NCBI GenBank assembly: GCA_003221455.1
Contig: QHRX01000007.1
Location: forward strand, 18,580 to 82,579
Direction: 5' to 3'
Length of the DNA stretch: 64,000 nucleotides
Origin: Candidatus Rokuibacteriota bacterium
GTDB lineage: Bacteria > Methylomirabilota > Methylomirabilia > Rokubacteriales > CSP1-6
A program made the position numbers and the translations under genes. Shown one piece after another: positions 30,284 through 38,941 of this stretch. Position 1 is the first letter of the stretch. Each line of letters begins with the position of its first letter. A model generated the notes under the pieces. The model worked only from the letters and a program-made list of their open reading frames with translations. It was not told the origin of the DNA and did not search any database.

Positions 30284-33200
30284 ATGAGCGTCGTCCTGCG
30301 AACCGGCCGCGCGCTCCGGCGACTGGTGCAGGTCGCCACCGCCCGGCCTGCCCTCACCGTCGTCGTCTCGCTGCTCCTCGCCGCGGCGGGCGTCGTCTAT
30401 TCGCTCCAGGAGCTCACGTTCATCACGTCCGGAAAGGACCTGCTCCCCCGCGGCCGCGCCTACGTGCAGCGCTACGCCGAGGACTCCCGGGAGTTCGCCG
30501 ACCCCGATCAGATCGTCGTCGCCGTCCAGGCGCCGCGCCTCGCGCTGGCCAAGGCGTACGCGAGCCAGGTGGCCCACGAGCTCCGGAAGTACCCGGACCG
30601 TTTCGAGCGCGTCGCGTACCGGACGGACCCCAAGCAGTTCGAGGGCCGGGCGCTGCTCTACGCGTCCACGGCGAAGCTCCGGGACATCCGCGACAAGATC
30701 CTCGACCACCAGAGCTTCCTGGAGTCGTTCGCCGCGCGCCCGACCCTCGATCAGCTCGTCGAGAACATCAGCACGCAGATCGGCACCGCCATTGTCACGA
30801 GCTTCTTCGATGTCGGCCTCGACCAGGGCAACAAGGACGTGGACCTCCGCGTCGTCAAGGACTTGCTCGCGCAGATCTCGGCCCGACTGGACTCCCCTTC
30901 GCCGTACCGGTCACCGTGGGGCTCGCTCTTCAGCCCGGACACGGGCGGCGAAGACGACGGCTACTTCCTCTCCGACGACAAACGACTCCTCTTCCTCCTG
31001 GCCGAGGGCGTCGGGAAACGGGGGAGCTTCACCGGGGATCGCGAGGCGATCGAGACGCTGCGCGGGACGATCGCCAGCCTCCGCGACCAGTTCCCCGACG
31101 TGACGGCCGGAGTCACGGGGGGGCCGGCGCTGTCGAACGACGAGATGCTGGCCGCCTTTCGGGACAGCCGGCGCGCCACGCTCCTGGCCTTTGCCCTCAC
31201 GCTCGGGCTCCTGTTGGTGGCGTTTCTCCGCGTGGGCCTGCCGATCCTGATGCTCGCCACGCTCGCGGTGAGCCTCTGCTGGTCGATGGGCATCATCACG
31301 GCGGTCGTCGGGCACCTGTCGATCTTCTCGGTGATGTTCATCTCGATCGTCGTCGGCATCGGGACTGACTACGGGATCTACTTCCTCTTCCGCCACGACG
31401 AGGAGCTGTTCCTCGGCCGCAGTCCGCGGGAGGCGCTCGAGTTGACGGCGGCGCGGAGTGGCCCCGGGATGCTGATCGGCGCGCTGACCGCGGCGGGCAC
31501 CTTCTACGTACTGATGGCGACCGAGTTCCGGGGGATCCAGGAGCTCGGCTTCATCGCCGGCACGTCGATCTTGCTCGCGTGGCTCTCGATGATGACGCTG
31601 TTTCCCGCGCTCATCATCCTGGTCGATCGTCGTCGCCCCGCGCGCGCGCCCGTCCCGATCCCGCGTGTGCTCGAGATCGAGCGGATCCGGGTGCCCTTCG
31701 TCGAGCGCATCATCCGGTACCCGAAGACGGTCGTGACGGCCGCGGCCCTCGCCACCGTCCTCTCGCTGGCGGCGCTGCCCGGCGTCTACTTCGACTACAA
31801 CCTCCTGAACCTGCAGGCCGTCGGCACCGAGTCGGTCGTCTGGGAGAAGCGCATCCTGGCGGCGGGGCGCTCGGGGTTCACCGCGCTCTCGACCGCCGCG
31901 TCCCTCGCCGAGCTCCGCCGGAAGGCGGCCGCGTTCGAGCGACTCCCCTCCGTCTCCGACGTGGATTCGGCGCTCCTGCTCATCCCGGAGGACCAGCCGG
32001 CGAAGCTCGGGGTCATCGGCGAGCTCGCGCCGATCGTCGCGCCCGTCCGCGTCGGCATCCCGGAGCCGGTCGACGTTGACCGGCTCGCCTCCGCGCTGTC
32101 GACGCTCAAGCATCGGTTCGACGTCGCCGCCGGCGAGGCCCCGCCCGGCCCCGATCGCGACGACGCCGCCGCCGTCCGGGACCGGGTCGCGGCGCTCAGC
32201 GCCAAGCTCCAGCGTACGGACCGGGACGTGTCGGAGCCGGCCTTGACCCTCCTGCAGGATCAGGTCTACCGTGACTTTGCCGGCTCTCTCCACCGCCTCC
32301 AGCGGAACCTGCACCCGCGCGAGATCGGGGTGAACGACGTTCCCAGCGAGCTCCGGCGCGAGTTCGTCTCGCCGAGCGGCCGCTTCCTGTTGCAGATCCA
32401 CCCCGGTGTCGACATCTGGGATCGGCACGGCGCCGAGCGCTTCGTCGCGGACCTCCGGAGCGTCGACCCCGAGGTGACGGGCACGCCCATCATCACCTTC
32501 GAGGCGATCAACTACATGGAGCGCGCCTACAAGGAGGGCACGGTCTACGCGTTCCTGGTCGTCACGCTCCTGAGCGCGCTGCTGATCCGCCGGTTCCGCG
32601 AGGCCGCCCTCGGGCTGGTCCCGCTGGTCCTCGGCACGCTCTGGACCGCGGGGCTCATGCAGCTCTTCCGGCTGCCCTTCAACTTCGGCAACGTCTTCGG
32701 GCTCCCCCTGATCATCGGCACCGGCGCCGAGTTCGGCCTCAACGTGGTGCTGCGCTACCTCGAGGGCCGTGAATACGGCGGCCCGCTCATTGCCCGGAGC
32801 ACGGTGATGGCGGTCCTCGTCAACGGCCTCACCACGATCGTCGGCTTCGGCAGCCTGATGGTCGCCGACCACCGCGGGATCTTCGGCCTCGGGCTCCTCC
32901 TCACGCTCGGCATGGCCGCCACGCTGACGGCAGCCCTCGTCGTGCTTCCGGTCCTGCTGCAGTGGAGCCAGCCTCCCCGGCCGTCGTCGGTGTCGCCTGG
33001 CGAGTCGATGGACCGCGCGGTCACCAGCGAGGGAACGGGGAGCGCCGCCCGGTTCCGATCCGTCGCGCCGCTGCCGAGGAGGCCTGTGGAACGCGCCGTG
33101 CTCTTTGACTTCGGCGGGACCCTGGACGCCGACGGGGTGACCTGGAAGGAGCGGTTTGCCCGCCTCTATCGAACCGAGGGCGTCCGGCTGGAGCCCGCGC

Positions 33201-33760
33201 GATTCGACCCGCTCTTTTACGCGGCCGACGACGCGCTCGTCGGCGCGACCCCGCCGACACTGTCGTTTGGCGAGACCGTCTCTCGGCTGGCCGCGGCCCT
33301 CGCCCAGGGACTCGGGCTGGGCGGCGACGACGCATTGGTCCGCCGGGTCGCGAGCCGCTTCCTCGAGGGCGCCCTCGAGGCGCTACGCGGCAACACGCCG
33401 CTGCTGTCGCGGCTTGGCCGCCGATACCGGCTGGGGATCGTCTCGAACTTCTACGGGAATCTCGAGACCGTCTGCGACGACGCTGGAATCCGTGAGCACT
33501 TCAGCGTCATCCTCGATTCGTGTCGCGTCGGATGCCGGAAGCCCGACCCCCGCATCTTCGACCGGGCCGTCGAGGAGCTGGGGATCACGCCGGCCGACGC
33601 GACGTTCGTCGGCGACTCGCCGACCCGGGACATGGCGGGGGCGCGCGCCGTGGGCATGCGTCACATCTGGCTCGCGGGCGAGGAGAGCGGGTCCCGGAAA
33701 CCCTGCTGCCCGGAGGACCGGGTCATCTCCTCCCTGGCCCAGCTGGAGGCGGTGCTGTGA
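30284..33760 (+). CDS. hpnN: HpnN-type RND/MMPL exporter fused in-frame to a C-terminal HAD-superfamily phosphatase domain
   Basis: 1158-aa continuous ORF. Residues 1 to about 880 are collinear with the second HpnN paralog at 41490, with about 70% identity by eye, 12 TM helices and two periplasmic loops. Residues 925-1158 carry HAD motifs: I FDFGGTLD, II IVSNFYGN, III CRKPDP, IV FVGDSPTRD. There is no stop codon between the two parts. Confidence 0.8.
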   Translation: MSVVLRTGRALRRLVQVATARPALTVVVSLLLAAAGVVYSLQELTFITSGKDLLPRGRAYVQRYAEDSREFADPDQIVVAVQAPRLALAKAYASQVAHELRKYPDRFERVAYRTDPKQFEGRALLYASTAKLRDIRDKILDHQSFLESFAARPTLDQLVENISTQIGTAIVTSFFDVGLDQGNKDVDLRVVKDLLAQISARLDSPSPYRSPWGSLFSPDTGGEDDGYFLSDDKRLLFLLAEGVGKRGSFTGDREAIETLRGTIASLRDQFPDVTAGVTGGPALSNDEMLAAFRDSRRATLLAFALTLGLLLVAFLRVGLPILMLATLAVSLCWSMGIITAVVGHLSIFSVMFISIVVGIGTDYGIYFLFRHDEELFLGRSPREALELTAARSGPGMLIGALTAAGTFYVLMATEFRGIQELGFIAGTSILLAWLSMMTLFPALIILVDRRRPARAPVPIPRVLEIERIRVPFVERIIRYPKTVVTAAALATVLSLAALPGVYFDYNLLNLQAVGTESVVWEKRILAAGRSGFTALSTAASLAELRRKAAAFERLPSVSDVDSALLLIPEDQPAKLGVIGELAPIVAPVRVGIPEPVDVDRLASALSTLKHRFDVAAGEAPPGPDRDDAAAVRDRVAALSAKLQRTDRDVSEPALTLLQDQVYRDFAGSLHRLQRNLHPREIGVNDVPSELRREFVSPSGRFLLQIHPGVDIWDRHGAERFVADLRSVDPEVTGTPIITFEAINYMERAYKEGTVYAFLVVTLLSALLIRRFREAALGLVPLVLGTLWTAGLMQLFRLPFNFGNVFGLPLIIGTGAEFGLNVVLRYLEGREYGGPLIARSTVMAVLVNGLTTIVGFGSLMVADHRGIFGLGLLLTLGMAATLTAALVVLPVLLQWSQPPRPSSVSPGESMDRAVTSEGTGSAARFRSVAPLPRRPVERAVLFDFGGTLDADGVTWKERFARLYRTEGVRLEPARFDPLFYAADDALVGATPPTLSFGETVSRLAAALAQGLGLGGDDALVRRVASRFLEGALEALRGNTPLLSRLGRRYRLGIVSNFYGNLETVCDDAGIREHFSVILDSCRVGCRKPDPRIFDRAVEELGITPADATFVGDSPTRDMAGARAVGMRHIWLAGEESGSRKPCCPEDRVISSLAQLEAVL

Positions 33761-34464
33761 TGCCCACGCCGGCTCTGACCGGCGCGATCATTGCCGCGGG
33801 GGATGGCAGCCGCCTGCGCCGTGCCGGGTGGACCGTGCCGAAGCCGCTGGTCCCCGTGGCCGGCGTGCCGCTCATCGAGGCGGTGATTCGAAACTTTCGT
33901 GCCGCACGCGTCACCTCGCTCCGCATCATCGTGAACGAACGGGCGCGCGACTGCGTGGAGTGGGTGCGGGCGCGGTTTCCCGAGGCCGACGTCGAGTTCA
34001 TCGTGAAGACGACCGCCTCGTCCTTCGAGAGCTTTCTCGAGGTGGCCCGTCACGGTACGGGCCGTATGCTGGTGTCGACCGTGGACGCGTGGTGCCGCGA
34101 GGCTGACTTCGTGCGCTTCGTCGAGGCCGCGGCCCAGCGGCCTCCCGACGCCACCGTGCTGGCCGTGACGCCGTTGGTCGCCGACGAGAGTCCGCTCTGG
34201 GTACGGCTCGACGCGATCGGCCGGGTCACCGAGCTCGGAGGGGGCTCGGGAGAGCTGGTGACAGCGGGAATCTATCTCGTGCCGGAGCGCGTCAGGAGGA
34301 TGGACGCCCCGCCCGGGATCGGACGGCTGCGGGAGTTCCTGACGTGGCTCTCCAAAAGCGGAGAGCCGCTGTACGGCGAGGTAATCCAGACCGTCGTGGA
34401 CGTCGATCGGGGCGACGACGTCGCGCTCGCCGAGGCGCTGGCCCTCGGCGCACGGTCGTCATGA
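33760..34464 (+). CDS. nucleotidyltransferase (NTP_transferase family, sugar/alcohol-phosphate cytidylyl- or uridylyltransferase-like)
   Basis: MPTPALTGAIIAAGDGSRLRRAGWTVPKPLVPVAGVPLIEAV is the canonical N-terminal GxGxRL...PKPL motif. Its ATG overlaps the upstream TGA. Confidence 0.75.
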   Translation: MPTPALTGAIIAAGDGSRLRRAGWTVPKPLVPVAGVPLIEAVIRNFRAARVTSLRIIVNERARDCVEWVRARFPEADVEFIVKTTASSFESFLEVARHGTGRMLVSTVDAWCREADFVRFVEAAAQRPPDATVLAVTPLVADESPLWVRLDAIGRVTELGGGSGELVTAGIYLVPERVRRMDAPPGIGRLREFLTWLSKSGEPLYGEVIQTVVDVDRGDDVALAEALALGARSS

Positions 34465-34483
34465 TCCGCCCGGGAGGGACCGC

Positions 34484-35323
34484 GTGAGCACCGCCACTTG
34501 CTGGGGTATCTTTCGGGAGCGGGCGCATTCCCCGGGCCGGGAGAACGACGACGCCGAGATCCTGCGCCTGACCGGCAAGCATCTCGAGGCCGAGGGGTTT
34601 CAGGTGGTCCTCAAGGGCCCCGAGGAGTTGAGTGGTCCCTTCGACGGCCGGCCGCGCTGTGCCTTCCTGATGTGCGAGCGGCTCGAGGCGCTCAGGCAGC
34701 TCCGGGCGTGGGAGGCGGGCGGCGCGCCCCTCGTGAATCGGCCGGAAGCGGTCCTGAACACGTATCGGGTGCGGATGGTCACCCGGCTCGCGGCGGCCGG
34801 CCTGCCGTTCGTCGAGAGCCAGATCGTGCCAACCACGGGCGGCCGGAGCCACGGTGCCCTGCCCGCGTGGGTCAAGCGCGCGGACGTCCACAACACCCAG
34901 GAGGGCGACGTGGTGTTCGCGTCGACCGGGGACGCCGTCGAAGCGGCGCTTCACGGACTCGCCGCGCGCGGCATCGCTCGTGCCGTGATCCAGCCGCACC
35001 TCGAGGGGGACCTCGTCAAGTTCTACGGGGTCGGTGTCGGGGCGACCGGCCCGGGCGAGACACCGTGGTTCCGCTGGTTCTACCCGAAGGAGCAGCGGCC
35101 GGCCCGCTACCCGATCGACGCCGCGCACCTGGCGAGTCTGGCGGCCGGCGCAGCGGCGGCCCTCGGCCTGGAAGTGTACGGCGGCGACGCCCTCGTCAGC
35201 GCGCCCGGCACGATCGTGCTGCTCGACCTCAACGCGTGGCCGAGCTTCGCGCTCTACCGGGACGAGGCCGCGGCCCGGATCGCGTCCCACCTGGCACGCC
35301 GGTTTTCGGAGAGTCTCCGGTGA
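34484..35323 (+). CDS. ATP-grasp fold protein (RimK/inositol-polyphosphate-kinase-like)
   Basis: 279 aa. ...GDVVFASTGD... and ...AVIQPHLEGDLVKFYGVG... are consistent with an ATP-grasp B/C-domain. The function is unknown. Confidence 0.5.
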   Translation: MSTATCWGIFRERAHSPGRENDDAEILRLTGKHLEAEGFQVVLKGPEELSGPFDGRPRCAFLMCERLEALRQLRAWEAGGAPLVNRPEAVLNTYRVRMVTRLAAAGLPFVESQIVPTTGGRSHGALPAWVKRADVHNTQEGDVVFASTGDAVEAALHGLAARGIARAVIQPHLEGDLVKFYGVGVGATGPGETPWFRWFYPKEQRPARYPIDAAHLASLAAGAAAALGLEVYGGDALVSAPGTIVLLDLNAWPSFALYRDEAAARIASHLARRFSESLR

Positions 35324-36648
35324 CGACGCCCCGCCTGGTGGGTCCGCGGTCGCGCCAGATCGTCGAGCGGGAAGCACGACACATCGCCGCCGGGCTTCAG
35401 TCGTACGCCCTCTACTCCGGGCTCGCGATGGCCCGCGGCACTGGATGCACCCTCATCGACGAGGACGGCAACGAATACGTCGACTTCATGGCGGGCATCG
35501 GCGTCGGCAGCGTCGGACACTGCCACCCGCGCTACGTCGAGGCGCTGAAGCGGCAGGTCGAGCAACTCACCTTCGGCAGCTTCGCGACGGAGACGCGCGC
35601 GCGCTTTCTCGAGCTGCTGGCCAAGACCACGCCGGCCGGGCTGGCGCGCATTCAGATGTTTTCCGGAGGCGCGGAGGCCGTCGAGGCGGCCCTGCGCTTG
35701 GCCAAGGCCGCCACCGGCAAGCGCGAGGTCATCGGATTCTGGGGAGGGTTCCACGGCAAGACCGGAGGAGTGCTCGGGCTCCTGGGAAGCGATTTCAAGC
35801 ACCACCAGGGGCCCTTCACACCGGGCCACCACCTCTCTCCCTACGCCGACTGCTACCGCTGCCCGCTCCGCTTGCGCTATCCGGAGTGCGGGATCGCCTG
35901 TGCGGAGTATCTGCGCGACGTCATCCGGTACCAGACGGGTGGCGAGATCGGCGCGATCATCGTCGAGCCCATCCAGGGCACGGCGGGCAACGTGATCCCG
36001 CCACCCGGGTTCCTCAAGGCGGTGCAGGCCGTCGCCCGAGACCACGGCGCCCTCCTCATCGTGGACGAGATGCTCACGGGCTTCGGTCGGACGGGATCCA
36101 TGTGGGGCTGCGACGGCGACGGCGTGGTCCCCGACGTCATGACGGTCGGCAAGGGCGTGGGCGGCGGCTTCCCCCTGAGCGCCGTCGTCTCCACCGACGA
36201 GCTCACGGCGCACAAGCCGTGGTCGAACCCCAGCGCAAGCTCGTCGAGCTACGGGGGCAACCCGCTGGCGGCGGCCGCCGGGCTGGTCGCACTCGAGATC
36301 ATCCTGGAGGAGGATCTCGTGACGAACGCCGAGCGCGTGGGCAAAGTCATGCTCGAGCGGCTCGAAGCGCTGAAGGAGAAGTACCGGTGTATCGGGGAGG
36401 TGCGGGGAAGAGGCCTCATGCTCGGAATCGAGCTCGTCCGGGATCGCGCGACCAAGGAGCCGCTCCCGGCGGCGGTCACGCGAGCGCTCTATCAGGAGTG
36501 CCTGCGGCGCGGCCTGGTCGCGATGGCATACTCGCACGTGGTCCGGATCAACCCGCCCCTGGTCATTACCGAAGACATCGCGCTGACCGGTCTCGCCATC
36601 CTCGACGAGGCCCTGGACGCGGTCGTCCGCGCGCACGGGCTCCAGTAA
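35320..36648 (+). CDS. class III (acetylornithine/ornithine/GABA-type) PLP aminotransferase, HpnO-like
   Basis: A GTG start overlaps the upstream stop (GTGA). ...GCTLIDEDGNEYVDFMAGIGVGSVGH..., ...LIVDEMLTGFGRTGSMWG... and ...MTVGKGVGGGFPLSAV... (PLP Lys) are present. Confidence 0.8.
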   Translation: MTTPRLVGPRSRQIVEREARHIAAGLQSYALYSGLAMARGTGCTLIDEDGNEYVDFMAGIGVGSVGHCHPRYVEALKRQVEQLTFGSFATETRARFLELLAKTTPAGLARIQMFSGGAEAVEAALRLAKAATGKREVIGFWGGFHGKTGGVLGLLGSDFKHHQGPFTPGHHLSPYADCYRCPLRLRYPECGIACAEYLRDVIRYQTGGEIGAIIVEPIQGTAGNVIPPPGFLKAVQAVARDHGALLIVDEMLTGFGRTGSMWGCDGDGVVPDVMTVGKGVGGGFPLSAVVSTDELTAHKPWSNPSASSSSYGGNPLAAAAGLVALEIILEEDLVTNAERVGKVMLERLEALKEKYRCIGEVRGRGLMLGIELVRDRATKEPLPAAVTRALYQECLRRGLVAMAYSHVVRINPPLVITEDIALTGLAILDEALDAVVRAHGLQ

Positions 36649-36723
36649 CCCCTGCGCGGGGCGGCCAGTGGACGCGCGTGCCGACCCACGGCCGGCGCGT
36701 CCGACGTCGCCTCCGCCTGGCCC

Positions 36724-37404
36724 TCAGAAGCGCACCGAGATGCCGGCGAGCGGGTAGCGCGTGTCGAGATCGAACCGTAGCCTCGTCGAGCCCGGCGGAG
36801 TCCGGAACGTGAATTCAGGACTGAAATGGGTGTACCGGTACTCCGCAAAGAGCGCGACGTGGGGATAAAATTGCCACACGAGCCCGGCGGCGGCCTGCAC
36901 GCCCAGCGGGAAGTCGGTCTCGTACTGGTCCGTGGGCATCAGGTTCGTCGTGTCCTTGGCCTCCGCCAGCGCGACCGCCGGTCCGACGGTCAGATACGGT
37001 TGAAGCCGGCCCCGGGGAATCGCGTCGGTCGGCAGCAACGGCCATCGGAGCATCAGATCGAACGCCATGGGCGTCGTATAGAGGTCGAGCCGCTTGAGCG
37101 ACGACGGGACCGTATCCGGCCGAAAGTGCGAGACATCCAGAGACACACCGACGTACCTCGCGAAATCGAACCAATACCCGGCCCGGACGCCATAGCCCGA
37201 CGACCGGTTGAACCGTATGTGCTTGAGGGTCGTCTCCCCCGTCGGAGAGTCGTCCTTGACGTCACTCTTGTCCGTGAACGCGCCTCCGAGATAGAGATCG
37301 GCGAACCACTCGGCCGACACGGGCGGCACCGCGAGGGCGAGCCAGAGCACGACTCCGCCGATGAGCGCCGTCGCCGTGATCCGGGATTGCCGAGATGGAC
37401 CCAT
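36724..37404 (-). CDS. outer-membrane beta-barrel protein (OmpW/OmpA-beta-barrel-like)
   Basis: 226 aa with a signal peptide. It shows alternating hydrophobic beta-strands, aromatic girdle residues and a C-terminal ...GISVRF. Confidence 0.7.
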   Translation of the reverse strand: MGPSRQSRITATALIGGVVLWLALAVPPVSAEWFADLYLGGAFTDKSDVKDDSPTGETTLKHIRFNRSSGYGVRAGYWFDFARYVGVSLDVSHFRPDTVPSSLKRLDLYTTPMAFDLMLRWPLLPTDAIPRGRLQPYLTVGPAVALAEAKDTTNLMPTDQYETDFPLGVQAAAGLVWQFYPHVALFAEYRYTHFSPEFTFRTPPGSTRLRFDLDTRYPLAGISVRF

Positions 37405-37675
37405 TCCCGCCCCCTCTCCTGGCGTTCACTGAGCAGGCACCTCTCCCGGTCTGCGCGTTCGCCCGTCCTCACGTCGTGACCAGAGTCGTTCCCGAGACGC
37501 GTGGCCCGCGACGGCCGAGTCTCTGCGTCAGCCACTCCAGCCGCCGCTGCGGCGGCACCCGATCCCGGGGGGGGGTGCCACGTGACTGCGGGATGAGCGA
37601 GAAGGTCCGCCGACGGCCGTCCCGGGCCCAGTGGCCCTCAGCGAGTATGCGCCCCGACGGTGACAGTATTTTCGG

Positions 37676-37704
37676 TTTAAAACGCGAACGCGGCAAGCCA
37701 TAAT
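37676..37704 (+). promoter_or_regulatory. putative sigma70-like promoter (TTTAAA-N17-CATAAT) upstream of the Gfo/Idh/MocA gene
   Basis: An AT-rich island lies in an otherwise roughly 70% GC intergenic region. The spacing is 17 nt and the element sits about 180 nt upstream of the ATG at 37887. Confidence 0.3.
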
Positions 37705-37886
37705 TCCCCAAATTCCCGCGGACGACGCGGGGGGTGGAGCTCCTCGGCTGGTGCGGAGGGCATCATCATTGGGCGACCTGACGTCAGTCCCCTTCTGCCT
37801 CTCGGCCGACGACGCCGCGCGGGCCGGCCCCGCCAGTCGCGCCGAGGGGTTGGCCACGGTCGTTCGCGCGCGCAGGCTCCGTTAGC

Positions 37887-38936
37887 ATGCTGCGCGGCGC
37901 GCTCCTGGGCCTCGGCAATGTCGCCCTGCACGGACACCTGCCCGGCTGGATGCGTCGCCCGGACGTCGAGATCGTCGCCGCGGCCGACGCTCGGCCCGGC
38001 CGCCGGGCCGAGTGCCACGCGCGCCTGCCGGGCGCCCGGTGGTACGACTCAACCGACGAACTGCTGACCGACGCCTCCGTCGACTTCGTCGACATCTGCA
38101 CGCCACCGTCGAGCCACGCGCCGCTGATCCGGGGCGCGCTCGGGCGAGGCTTGCACGTTCTGTGCGAAAAACCCCTGGTCTGTTCGGTCGACGAGGTGCG
38201 CTCGCTCGCGCAGCTCGCGGCCGCGAGCGGTCGGGTTCTTCAGAGCGTCGACAACTGGCAACACGCGCCCATCATCCGACAGGTCCGGGAGCTCCTCGGG
38301 CGGGGCGAGATCGGCGAGGTCTCGCGGGTCGTCTGGCACACCCTGCGGACCCGCCCCGCTCCGGCCGGCGACACGCCGGGCCAGAACTGGCGCCTCGAGC
38401 CGGCGGTCGCGTGCGGCGGCGTCCTGGCCGACCACGGCTGGCACGCCTTCTACATCGTCCAGCGATGGATCGGGAAGCGGCCGACCTCGATCGCCGCCCG
38501 GCTCGAGACGCGCCGGCACACGGACTGGCCTGTCGAAGATACCGCGACCGTCGCGCTGACGTTTCCCGACGCCGCCGCCGAAGTCTTCCTCACCTGGGCG
38601 GCTGACGTGAGACGGAACTGGGCCGAGCTGACCGGCACCGCGGGCCGGATCGAGCTCGACGGCGACACCCTGACGGTGACGCGGCACGGCGGCGAGCGAC
38701 GGTGGTCGGTACCACCCTCCCTGTCCGACGGCTCTTGGCATCCGGACTGGTTCGACCCGGTGGTCGACCAGTTCCTCGCCGAGGTGACGGGGTCCGCGCC
38801 GCACGGCTCGAACCTCGCGGAGGCCTCGCTCTGCGTCGCGCTGCACGCGCTCGCGCGCGAGTCGAGCGGACGAGGGGGGCAGGCGCTGGCGCCGCCCCTC
38901 GCCGCGCCGACGGCGTCGATGGAGCCTTCGGTCTGA
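37887..38936 (+). CDS. Gfo/Idh/MocA-family NAD(P)-dependent oxidoreductase (inositol/sugar dehydrogenase-like)
   Basis: The N-terminal Rossmann motif is LRGALLGLGNVALHGHLP, the pattern ...CEKPL... is present, and the C-terminal alpha/beta domain is typical of the family. Confidence 0.8.
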   Translation: MLRGALLGLGNVALHGHLPGWMRRPDVEIVAAADARPGRRAECHARLPGARWYDSTDELLTDASVDFVDICTPPSSHAPLIRGALGRGLHVLCEKPLVCSVDEVRSLAQLAAASGRVLQSVDNWQHAPIIRQVRELLGRGEIGEVSRVVWHTLRTRPAPAGDTPGQNWRLEPAVACGGVLADHGWHAFYIVQRWIGKRPTSIAARLETRRHTDWPVEDTATVALTFPDAAAEVFLTWAADVRRNWAELTGTAGRIELDGDTLTVTRHGGERRWSVPPSLSDGSWHPDWFDPVVDQFLAEVTGSAPHGSNLAEASLCVALHALARESSGRGGQALAPPLAAPTASMEPSV

Positions 38937-38941
38937 CGCCG

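Noticed and set aside
30284-33760. Treating the HpnN-HAD ORF as two genes
   Set aside because: No stop codon separates the domains in the supplied sequence. A sequencing or assembly error cannot be excluded from the sequence alone, so it is reported as a fusion with that caveat.
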